Shown piece after piece: positions 53,186 to 64,000 of a DNA stretch of 64,000 nucleotides. The notes beneath the pieces were generated by a model, which worked only from the letters and a program-made list of their open reading frames with translations, made no database searches and had not been told where the DNA came from. How positions within the stretch are numbered: position 1 is the first letter of the stretch; each line of letters begins with the position of its first letter. The DNA is from Lingula anatina (Eukaryota > Animalia > Brachiopoda), in contig CM120646.1 in the NCBI GenBank assembly GCA_051362555.1, positions 8,122,001-8,186,000 of the forward strand, read 5' to 3'. The position numbers and the translations under genes are program-made.

Positions 53186-53331
53186 TTAAATTACACGGTG
53201 TCAAGGTAGGCCCATTCTCATCCCAATTTAGTCCCATCGCATTGAATAATGTTGATATACCAGTATGCACTTCTGATATCGTCTTATATTAACAGTATAT
53301 AAGTTCTTCTAAAACAGAAAAAAAGTTGAAA

Positions 53332-53478
53332 GCAAAATGTGTTGCGGTTGCAAAATGCGGTGCGTCTGCAAAATGCTGTGTTGTTGCAAAATGCGGCTCC
53401 ACTAAAGCTGGTTGCAAAATGCTTATTTCCCTTTTATTTGGTTACAAAATGCGGTTGTTTGCAAAATGCGGCTCTACA
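53332..53478. repeat. Cluster of about 7 TTGCAAAATGCGG-like motifs, probable DNA transposon terminus
   Basis: (G/A)CAAAATG recurs at ~53332, 53350, 53368, 53386, 53414, 53444, 53461 and the array ends in ...GCTCTACA; no partner end found. Confidence 0.5.
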
Positions 53479-54023
53479 TCGTTTCATCTTTGAAAAAATT
53501 AATATGACCATTTTACCGGCAACTATGTATTTCTGTTTTCATGAATTAGTAAATCCGATCCAAGAAAAAACAAATCTTTCAGTCTTGAAAAAACTCCAGT
53601 AGTAATTATTTTACACAATCGTTTAAAGCCAGTCATGAAAAAAAACACAAATAGTAATTATTTTTATTACAGGTACAATAAGATTAAAATTCACGACATT
53701 CACATCACCGCCACATAGATGCAGAGTTTCAGGAAGGATGAACCATGCATTTTAAGATTTATCAAAGTAATCATGCAATTTCGGTCAATTTGAAGTCTGT
53801 GTGTGTGAAACATGGATTTGTTGATCTCGAATGCTGGGTCCGCCATTAATTTCACCTATCAAACCCACCCCACCCCCTGTCCTCCTGTGAATAAGTTTAG
53901 TCATATCAAAGCTTAAAATATAATATACACTGTATCAAATAATGATTATCTGTTTTCTTTTGAACCGCTGTTTCCATGAACATTTGATGTCGAAGTTGCC
54001 TGTTTCAAAGTGACTCCAGCGCT

Positions 54024-56369
54024 CTACTGCTTCGTTGGATAGTACTCATCTGGGGCGTAGGGAGAGTACTGAAATAATGGAGGAAAAGATATACAGAGCA
54101 TATGTCCAAGTTCAGAGTAACATAATAGTGATGAAATAACTGCATGTATACCGATGGTCTGATATTATATCTAAGTACCTCTATGCCACACGATCAATGA
54201 ATGGCTGCTTATTGATTCCATTCGTAAACTGGCACCACCAGTATTCAAAATAAGTAGAAAATTAAACGAAAAGATACATTTTTAGCTATGTTTGATAATT
54301 ACGTCATGGACGTAGTGGCGATAGGGAGTCACCCAGACGACCCGTTATGAGTACGTCGATCGCGAACCGCGTGTAGGTACGTATAGAGCACAGTTGGAAA
54401 TGACGTAATTATTAAAGGTGGCTGGAATATAGCGCCGCTAAGGGCTAGAAATGAACGACTCAGATGCCCATCAATGTCTTATGTAAGAACTCAAACAAAC
54501 AAAAAGGAACTACAAACACGAAACACATGTTGTGAAATCACCTACCAAGACCTTCACAGTGAACTGAGCGTGCGGCCCTTCCCTCGTGTTACTGGCTGCC
54601 TTTAGAGCGCCCTCTGGCTTAATGCCGAGATGATGGTCGCTTTCCTCCACCGAGCCAAATGTGTAATAATCGCCATGTTTTCTCACAATTAATTTCGACT
54701 CACATCCTAGCTGTGCACCGGGGGGCTGGGGGAAAGAATCAATTGATTAATTAAACCCAGGGTTATTTCTTATAATTTAAATTTGCTTTTCTTTATTTTC
54801 ACTATAATTATCGTTTTTCTTTCTTTTTCTCTTTTTCTTCTTAATTTTTGTAGAAATGTTGAATATCTTGAATCAACTGAACTTAGAGTTGTGCCATGTA
54901 TTAATAATAATAATAATAGGATCGGAATTTAAGTCTTGGCTATCTCAGTTCAATTGCGATTTTTAACAAGGTTTATTCAAAGAAAAGGGGGCATATCGTT
55001 TCAAGCATTATATGCTCTCCTTCACGAATTAAATGACGATGCAATGCTCTGTATTCTAACAGCCGGTGTGGTCACTTACATAATTAACTATCATAGCTTT
55101 GCCGTCTACTATTACGATATAGTTGTTACAGTTATGAAGTCGGATGACGTCTTTGTCTTCCTTCACCACGGTCCAGTTGGCTGAAATCAATATAGTTAAA
55201 GATGACACTGCGCACTGGGCTAATATAATGGTACATGTAAAAGATGTATGAATAAACATTTCTTATTCTAAATAAATAATGTCTGATGGCTATTTATATA
55301 CGTCTCTGCTTACATATACACCTATATATACCTAATGGGAATTTGATGTTGGAAGTTTGGTTTACGTGTAAACTAAAAGCTGCGGGGATTCAACCTCATG
55401 GCATACGTGATAGAAACCTCGAAATGAAATAATTTAAGATGTAAAAAATCGGATGCTTTTGTTTGTTGGTGCATGATTATGATATGCACATACTTTTTTC
55501 TTCATTGTTAAGGTGTAGAATGGCGGGTTTCAGGTGTCTGCCGCATTTTCACGGTGCGAAAGCTGCACTGTAGGCGTAGAGTATATATAATTATGACTAA
55601 AATGGTAAAAATGTGTCTGCGGACTAGAAACGCGGTATTCAAAATGAAAAAAAAAACAGTTCTAGTGACAGTTTTAAGTAATAACTGTGCCTGTACAGTA
55701 ATATAATGCGGGAAATGGCGCCACGAATCTACGCGGTGCCACGTAAACACGATTCATATATGATTCACATATTTCACGTAAAATCAAGCAGTCCCGTTGA
55801 CCGGTTTAATGATGAAATTTTCACGGCTGCCGAGTGGTATGCCAATTGGTTTATATCCAAGAACTTTAACAGATTAAAAAGCAGAGTAATTCAATAGTAC
55901 AAATAAATGAAACAGAGTTGAGCGAGGACGTCATTTCACGGGGTAGATGGTAGTATTGGCAGCTACTTTGTAGATAACCAGATGAAACGGAACAAAACTG
56001 AAACAAACTAAACAAATAAGTAAAAACCGAAACAAGATTTAAAAGGAAAATGAAACATAGAGTCTGAAGAAAAAAGTAATAATTAAAAAACTAAAAATAT
56101 TTAATACAAATACAGGACATACCATGCTGAAATTGCGCCCCCTCCGGGCCCATGCCGTCAAGCATAAGTTGGCCGTCTGCACCGCGGACTATCTCGAGCG
56201 TCTTGGAGCTAGATTTTGACACGAGCTGGAGAATATTTCCCGTCTTAAATTCTGCCATGTTGACTGTTTTCTCTCCTGTATCCGGTGTATCTTGTGTTTC
56301 TTCGCTACTTTCGTCTCCGCTGTCTGTTTCGACAGGATTTTCTTCTTCAGTAGTCAGTGAAGATCCCAT
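54024..56369 (-). CDS. Beta-trefoil-like (IL-1/FGF/fascin-type fold inferred) protein, paralog B, 190 aa, 4 exons
   Basis: Exons 56369-56123, 55180-55080, 54725-54546, 54068-54024, GT-AG, phases 1-0-0, 573 nt. MGSSLTTEEENPVETDSGDESSEETQDTPDTGEKTVNMAEFKTGNILQLVSKSSSKTLEIVRGADGQLMLDGMGPEGAQFQHANWTVVKEDKDVIRLHNCNNYIVIVDGKAMIVNYPPGAQLGCESKLIVRKHGDYYTFGSVEESDHHLGIKPEGALKAASNTREGPHAQFTVKVLYSPYAPDEYYPTKQ; alternative start 56258. Gene model supported by the paralog; fold is inference. Confidence 0.88.
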
Positions 56370-58305
56370 ATAAGTATCTAAACGCCAAATCAACGGGCGC
56401 TATTTTATAGATGGTTAAGTACGATGAGGCACGCGCTTATGACAAATGCGATTTTCGATATCGATGAGCTCACCTGATGAGTGACTAAGACTGCAGCTGA
56501 CGACACGCAGAATATGGAACCTTCTGGCAAAAGATATGCGGGATTCGTCAACATAAGTTTAATGAAATCACTGAATATTTTATAAATTAAATGTTCGTAT
56601 GCCATGTCCTATGCGACAGCTGATTCTGCATTTTTCATCATGAAATATAGCAATATGGAAAAACGGATTTTTTACTGAATTTTAAAATATGATGAAGTTT
56701 GTACAGTGCACTTCATTTTATATGCTGAACAACCATTTACCCTTAAGCTCATAGCAAATCTTAACAAAAACAAATCAAAACAAAAAAAAAAAAAGAATAA
56801 CAGTTTCAAAATAAATGATGGTAATAATCACATGACCAGTTTCACTTTCACTGAACCATTGCATGCAAAGCATTTCTCTTATATATATTTCTCTGCGTGC
56901 GGCTTCCCGCTTATCCAAAGAATTGAGACTTTTTTGCTTTTCCGTTTGCACTTTTGTTAACATAAAAATATTCACCTTTTCCCAAAACAGCGTGAACAAC
57001 TTTTTAGGCTAAAAGGTGCAAAATGACAACATATAAAACAGTGAGATCCTCAGATTTTTTTCCCTGAACTGTCAACTTTCAAGTAATTTTACGAATTGAT
57101 CAACTGCATTCATGAATCAATTTTTTATTTCAAAACACAGTTCTTGAAATTGTTATTCAGAATATATTGTGATGTCCTTAATGCCTTTTTAGAATTAGAT
57201 GTAAAGTATCCAACTTTTAGTTAAAATATCAAAAATGGCCATAATCCGTGGCATCTGCCATTTGGGCTTTTTCTTACTTGTTTTCAACAATAAACATATA
57301 AATCCCTTAAAAACACTTTATTGGTAAGACTACAGTATATACATTTAAAGAGAAACATGTATAACATCTGACTACCAGTACTTGTATCTGTAGTAGCAAC
57401 AGACAAAAATAACAATAATGTAACAATGCACTGTAGACAGAAACATCCTTCTGACATTTCATTAATAACTGCACTCAAATGACCAATAAATTCGAGGTTT
57501 ATTTGCAATTTTCAAGCAGTGATTGGCATAATAATAAAATCACTCAGAATAGAAACAATCAAATGATCCAAATGTTTACAATCACTACACCCCAGTAGTG
57601 TTACATGCAGCAGTATCCTTAGACCAGCTATAAGATTATGAATTATAACCATTAACAACAGTCATCACTTTCAAGTCAATGCATTTAGATTTAAGAAAAT
57701 CTCCTACCTTCTTTAGCAAAAATAACTTAATTAATTAATTAAACCAAAAAGTAATAAATAAATTTATTAATAAGGATAAAATTGGAAGGCAGTAATTAGT
57801 TATTCAAGCAAATCCTTGTGGTAAAATGTATGATACTTTTATGTACATGCGTTCCAAAGGCATATCCTGCAAAGCTACTTAATATGACAATTTCAGAGCT
57901 TTTAAATAAGACCCCTCAAATTTAAGTATTTGATATTGATATTTTCTTCTAAAATGTCAGGAAGACTAGTTTGTAATGGTAAAAAACACTGAATCCAAGT
58001 GCAGGGTTGGGTCAGGCAACTGTCAGCAGTTGAAAACACATTACATAAATAATTCAGAAAAGAAGAAGTCTATATTCCTTAATACAGAAGTCTTGAATGG
58101 TCAGTGTTCATTGTTCTTTATGCTGAGAATCAGAGTCACTTTTCAAGGACAAACTTCATGTATAACATTTGGTTTAGACCAAAAAACTGTTCACTGACAA
58201 ATCTTTGAGAGTATGAAACTTGATTCTTTCCATCTTGGGCTCACTCATTATTCTGAAAGCAGCAGCAGATCTGGGCAGGATAACATCTTCCATTTTCTTT
58301 CAGTT

Positions 58306-61300
58306 TCACTTTTTCTGTGGTGCTGGTGGATATGGGGAATACTATAACAGAAAAAAAATTAAAAAATGAGTCATGGTTCCTTTATCAAATTAGTTGAATA
58401 ATATTTCAAAACATATCAGATATAAAATACATATTCTAACTACACAAATCACGTAATCTATACATATTAACATCAAAACCTAATAAGATGCTGGATGACA
58501 TTACACCATACACAGAGACATTAATTAAATGTGGATTGTACCAGGAAACAAACAGGAAGGTATAAAACAGTTTTCATTAAAAACGGATGAGATGACAAAA
58601 ACTATTTCTGATGACATCCCTAAAATCGATCTAAGGACAGGTTATATAGAGATGTTCGGAGTGTCATTATTGACATGTGTATCTTAGACAAACATTGGTG
58701 AGAAAGCACTGGCATCTCTGTTAACTCAGGTGAAATACAAGATGCATATGTCTGCACTAATAAATGTTTCATCACTGCAACATATTAAGTGGCTGGCATC
58801 AGTAATAGTCTATACATCTAAAACCTGATTCACAACCAAACAGTCATGCTTTATTACCAACACTTCAGTACAGAATTTACAACTTATCTGAGAATAATAA
58901 ATTTTGTCTTTGTCAGTGCCAAACAAGTGCACAATCAAGACCTTCAAGATGCTAAATATTTAACAGGAATATCTTGATTTTTCTTTCTTTTTGCAAGTTT
59001 TGAAATAATTGAAGTGTGGAGCCTTCAAGGATCTGGTATGCAAGTATTGGTGGAAGGACCATTTAATTTCAGCCTGCGACATTAGTCACTAGTCAGTAAA
59101 ATTTAGTGACCAGTATTTTTGAGTGTGTCTCCATGGATGAAAGAAGATTTGACAAAGTCAAGGTCTAGTCGTTACTAGTACTAATTTTTAATAGGGTTAA
59201 ATGTCTGATCTGATTAAAATTTTATTTGGACAAGTGGACCAGTAGATTTTAGAAAACTGGTTGTTTGAAAAGCCAATAAACTGAAAAGATCACGGCACAG
59301 ACTGTAATTTAATTTTACTTACTTTAAATTTCAATTGCTTTTATTCAGGGGAATGGAATTTGCCTTTTTGCTATGCATTAAAGGCAATTATTTAGTTACT
59401 GTAGTGAGTAAATACTATATAAAGGATGCTTCATGCAATTTCAGGACACTGAAGACAATATAATTATATCCCACCCAGTCCCTTTACAATTTTAGCTCAT
59501 TGACAAACCATACAAGGGCAATTTCACATTAAGCACTCAGAGTTTCATGGGACACTGGGAACTTACCTCTGTACTGCCAGCATAGCCTCTGACATTTCCA
59601 GATACTGGTAAATGTATCTATCAGTGCCTGAGGAATGCTGATAGCAGAGGGGTGGGTTCCCAGTGCCCTCTGAAACTCAGGGTGACAGGAAGAGATGGAG
59701 GGACACAAGCCTTAAACTTCATTATTTAAAAAAGCATAATGACTGAAAGTAATTTCTTCTGTGATATAATATCACCTACATAGTATTAATACAGTATGCC
59801 ATTTTATGCAACAAAACATTAGACTTACAACAAGTCGTACTCCAAACTGTGCATGATCTTCCTTCCCCGTCGCTAAGGCAGACTTCAGTGTGCCATCTGG
59901 CATCACTCCAATGTGGCGGCCAGGTTCGTTGACTGATTCAAATGTCACAAAATTTCCAATCTGGACCACCCTCAGTCTGGTTTCATTGCCAAGGTGGGAA
60001 CCTTGGGGCTTCAAGTACACAAAAAAAGATACCTCATTGATTTAACAAAGTTAAGGTGTAAAAAGTATAATAAAATAGTCTGTACATATTAATTAAACTT
60101 TCATTTTTATCACTAGGATTTATTAGTTGTCATTTTGTTATTTCTTCAAACTTAATTGAATTTTCAACTGGGATCACACCTAACACAATACTAGTGTGCC
60201 TCACTTCACTGTCACACCTAACACAATATGTGATACAATCAGAGCAACTGCTATCACCATAATCCCTATCAAACAATTCCAATAGGTGGATACAGGGGAG
60301 AGTATATCACGAAGACACTTTTTGAGAAACTGGTTCCAGTGTGAAATCCACTGGAGATTCCTTTTTACCCTGCTAAAACATGGGTATTTATTATAAAAAG
60401 GACAAACACATATGGATATCATGGTAGAAAAAAAGTGTCAGTTAAGTACTGGTGACATCTACTCACTCCATGCCAATATCATGTACTTGTATTAGTACTA
60501 GACTTGAGTAGAGGAAATTGCATTCAGTTAACTCCAATTACAAATTTCACGTCCCACAAAGAGGGCTCCTGCAGGTGTAGGCACTGTATCTACAAGGACA
60601 GTTTCCAGGATTTGCCTCAACTATATCTTAACCAAATGACTTATATGTATTGATTTACACCCTTAGCAGGGAAGTTGATGGAATGCACTTCCAATAGAAA
60701 TGTACAATGTAATAGGCCACTGGCTGTCTAACATGCAGAGCTCAATGAAACAATAAATTATAAAATGAAAGAAATGAAACATTAAGTCTGGTAAACTGAA
60801 GATGGAAGTGTCTTGAACATGACATTCAAAACAAAACAAGCAGAATTTAAAGAGATACAAATTGCAGTTAAAACACTACTAAGAGATGAGGTTAAAACAA
60901 AGAAGCCTAGCAGTCATCAATGCAGTGAAATATAACCTATCAAAAATGTAAAATGAGTTAACCACACTGAAAGGAAAATTAGTACATGTAGATCTACAAG
61001 CAAGAAGTATGCCTTGTATTCACAGGTTTACTGGTAGGTGAAATCGACAAAGAAGACAACATGGAGATTTCTTTGTTAACTTTCTGCAAGAGATGAAGAT
61101 GGAGCCATATCCTTGGCATTCTTACTTTGTTTTTACAACTTGTTTTATTGAAGATAACACCAAACTACTCACAAAATTGACCACCATGGTGCTTCCATTG
61201 ATAATACATAGATAATTATAGTTGTTGTGGAGGCGCACTATCCGGTTGCCTTCATTTATTACTGTCCAATGGCCTAAAAACAGAAGAAAAAATAATTAAA

Positions 61301-62009
61301 CAGCACAACATTCATACATGTACATCAGTGATAAAGGAATTCAACATAGATCTCTAAAAAAATTTGCTTAAAATCGAAATCATCCACAAACACTGCTAAA
61401 ATTTAAATTATAAGTGAACCAATCTTCCATACTTTGTTTAAAGGGTCAGTGGGCAGTTTCTTTTATTCCTTATTTAAGATATTTACTTCTTATCTACTGA
61501 AGATACATAGAATTTAATCTGAAGTCTATCATTTATTTGGATAATTATCATTAAAAGCTGCTTCTGCATGTTTTTTTTTTCTAATTTTCATAATATAATC
61601 CATAATATTCTATTATATGTATACATAAAAATTTTACGATGTAGACGACATTACATCATCCTCACCAAGATATACGTAAGTTTTGGAATATTCTTAGGCA
61701 TCTGGTTCAAGTAAAATAAAAATGAACTTTAAAACTGTTGGATGATGAGGCAAAGTGCTTTCAATTGTAACTCTAAACAGACTTTTTAACTCAGTAATAA
61801 AATCAAAAACGGCTATCTGTTAAATAATTTTGGACATTGGATAGTATTCAGAAATGTATTCTTGAGGAGATCTTACTGTTATATCTCTGTGGATCATCTG
61901 GACCTTGGCCATCTACAATAAGTCTGCTGTCAGGTGACATCACAATCTGAAGTGTCCTTCCACTAGCACGAGAAATGAACTGGAGAATGTTGTTTGTTAT
62001 GAAGTTATT
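58306..62009 (-). CDS. Beta-trefoil-like protein, paralog A (start exon not identified)
   Basis: Exons 62009-61877, 61273-61173, 60008-59829, 58341-58306; middle exons 101 and 180 nt as in paralog B. NNFITNNILQFISRASGRTLQIVMSPDSRLIVDGQGPDDPQRYNSHWTVINEGNRIVRLHNNYNYLCIINGSTMVVNFPQGSHLGNETRLRVVQIGNFVTFESVNEPGRHIGVMPDGTLKSALATGKEDHAQFGVRLVYSPYPPAPQKK*. Confidence 0.9.
59535..59683. repeat. Long imperfect inverted repeat (~70-bp arms) in the last intron of paralog A
   Basis: GAGTTTCATGGGACACTGGGAACTTACCTCTG...AGATAC versus GTATCT...CAGAGGGGTGGGTTCCCAGTGCCCTCTGAAACTC, with a loop of about 8 nt. Confidence 0.75.
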
Positions 62010-63512
62010 CTGAAAGGAAAATGTAATAAAAAGTAAATATATTGCATCAAAAGCCTCTAGATTGGTGGTAATTAAGAGCAGGAAAAAAGAAACTAAAAAT
62101 TGGAAAACAGCCTGACTGACTGGTGGGTACAGGTAATCTTGAAGGCATCCAATAACATGACATGTATACATCAGGGATAAAAGAACTCAACATCTCTACC
62201 AAAATTTGCCAAAACAAAGTATACTGTGACACCTACTCAGGCTTTACACTCATGTGCATGTTCCAATACAGCAAATTAAACGAGTGGATGTCACATATAC
62301 ATCTTTGCTGGCATACTTGACTCATATTACAACTATGTATATAAAATTATTTTTCTTGAAAGTCAGGCAATGTTTTATGCATATTTACTAAGTAATACAT
62401 CTGATATAAAATCACTCCTTCATCCTAATATTTGTCTAAGTACCTCTTAATGAGTAAAACAAATTTTAATAAAATAATTACTAAGAAAAAACAATGTTAA
62501 GAAGAAAGAAAAATGATGCTTTGACCTATACTGACGAAATCAATAAAAGACAATAAAACCAATACAACTTCTTAAAGTTTGAAGAACATTTGACAAAAAA
62601 CCAATTTGTCTCTGTTAAAATTCTTTAAAGCCAAACAAGTAACACACTTTAGTGAATGAAACAAATACTGCAGAACAGACATTTTTATTTTTATCAGTAT
62701 GTTACATTAACACTAAAGTCCTAAGTGAAGTACCAGTAAAATTGAAGAAAAACTTTTTTTGTGATTTTTGTGGATTTTTGTGAATTTGCCACAGTCACTG
62801 TCAGTTAGTCACTAGTGTTAGTACAGTGTTAGATCATAGTTATGAAGGGCCACTCAGCTAAACAGTTTTACAATTAGGTACTGACTGTGACATATGATGA
62901 GAAGGGAGGATTGGAGTGTTCAGTGGTCACAGGGAAAAATCAAGGGAAAGAGACGCAGAGGAAGACTAAATGTCAAGAGTTTAGGTTTATGGATGGGCAT
63001 GTCCAGTGTAACAATTCTGAGATCATGCAAAAAGAGTTGTTGAGGTCTATGACAGTCAATGTCCTGCAAGTGGAATATACTTAAAAAGAGGGAGACTGGC
63101 TCTTTCATGATAGTTCATTAACAGCAATTGGGAAAAAGCATGTCATATGAATTATGATATTTGTTCATTAAATTTATAAAATATATACCTGTATTGAAAA
63201 AAAGTTTTGATTTTCATGTTTCAAGTCAAAATATCTTACTGCACTCTATTTTCTTAAAAAAGCTAAGCCTAGTGAAAATTAAGCAGTATTTACTATGTAT
63301 GTAATTGTACCTGCTGAAAGTATTTTGGTATGCAAAAACAAGGTATACATTATTTTGACATTTTATTTACAAACATTGGAAAAGAGCGCATACCACATTA
63401 ATTATTCATTTCATTTATATATTTCTTTGCCAGCTCCAAGTCTAATTTTCTGTCTAAATATAATAAATATATTAATCTATTCAGTATATATAGCCAAAAG
63501 CCCCAGGCAAAA

Positions 63513-64000
63513 TTATGCAGTTTTTGATTTATCCTGCTGAAAATATTTCACTACACTTTTTATTAGTTTCCATGACAATACTGCAAGAAGTGCATAAGCA
63601 GAAATGAGCAAACATTTAACTGCCACTTTGTAAGCAATGACATCCAGTAGAAAATACTGATACCAGTTTAAACTATAAGCTGCTTGGGAATGAAAGTGAA
63701 GAGGTCCATTGTGACGCATGGTGTAGTTGAGCCAAAATAAGAGTTCTTCTTGTCCTGACATAGGAGTGTCTTGCAAAATTAGTGAAATCTTCTCTGCATT
63801 TTCTTTGAAAGATTTTTCATTCATGACCTTTACAATGGCATTTTCTAACTTAGTTTCAGTAAGGGTTAGATAATCCAGGGAAACCCCAACTTTAACACGA
63901 TCTGTTAATTTTCTGGCATTTTGGGGCTGATCCCAAAAGAGAGGAATGGCCACCACAGGCACTGCATGGTACAGGGTCTCCCACATGCTGCTTACTCCAC
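63513..64000 (-). CDS. UDP-glucuronosyl/UDP-glycosyltransferase (UGT family), 3' portion; continues beyond window
   Basis: UGT signature end GVSSMWETLYHAVPVVAIPLFWDQPQNA; LLFWLNYTMRHNGPLHF; LNWYQYFLLDV; C-terminal transmembrane helix and KSKTA* di-lysine-type ER retrieval tail. Confidence 0.95.
   Translation of the reverse strand, partial: GVSSMWETLYHAVPVVAIPLFWDQPQNARKLTDRVKVGVSLDYLTLTETKLENAIVKVMNEKSFKENAEKISLILQDTPMSGQEELLFWLNYTMRHNGPLHFHSQAAYSLNWYQYFLLDVIAYKVAVKCLLISAYALLAVLSWKLIKSVVKYFQQDKSKTA

Overview
AT-rich, intron-containing animal genomic DNA, probably lophotrochozoan/molluscan (inferred from the gene families and repeat types). There are no prokaryotic features and most short ORFs in the supplied track are spurious. 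Genes rebuilt by hand from splice sites: (1) a complete 9-exon mitochondrial long-chain acyl-CoA dehydrogenase (ACADL, minus, 26690-30842); (2) a 3-exon somatomedin-B/mucin-repeat cell-surface protein (plus, ~45451-49674) with a truncated 5' duplicate at ~39.5-40.4 kb; (3) two tandem paralogous beta-trefoil-like genes without a visible signal peptide (minus, 54024-56369 and 58306->62009); (4) the 3' part of a UDP-glycosyltransferase running off the window end; (5) an orphan class A GPCR TM6-TM7 fragment. Intergenic DNA holds a full-length defective Tc1 (DD34E), a three-level transposon nest (ISL2EU-like with THAP remnant > pogo-like > Harbinger MITE), several MITE families, a tRNA-derived SINE, a Helentron-like element and microsatellites. 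The best candidate for an undescribed system is the beta-trefoil pair. It shows an IL-1/FGF-like intron phase pattern, a partial IL-1 signature and, in one paralog, an MGSSLT myristoylation-type N-terminus followed by an acidic spacer containing VETD|S, a caspase-type site. All calls are from reading the sequence; no searches were run.
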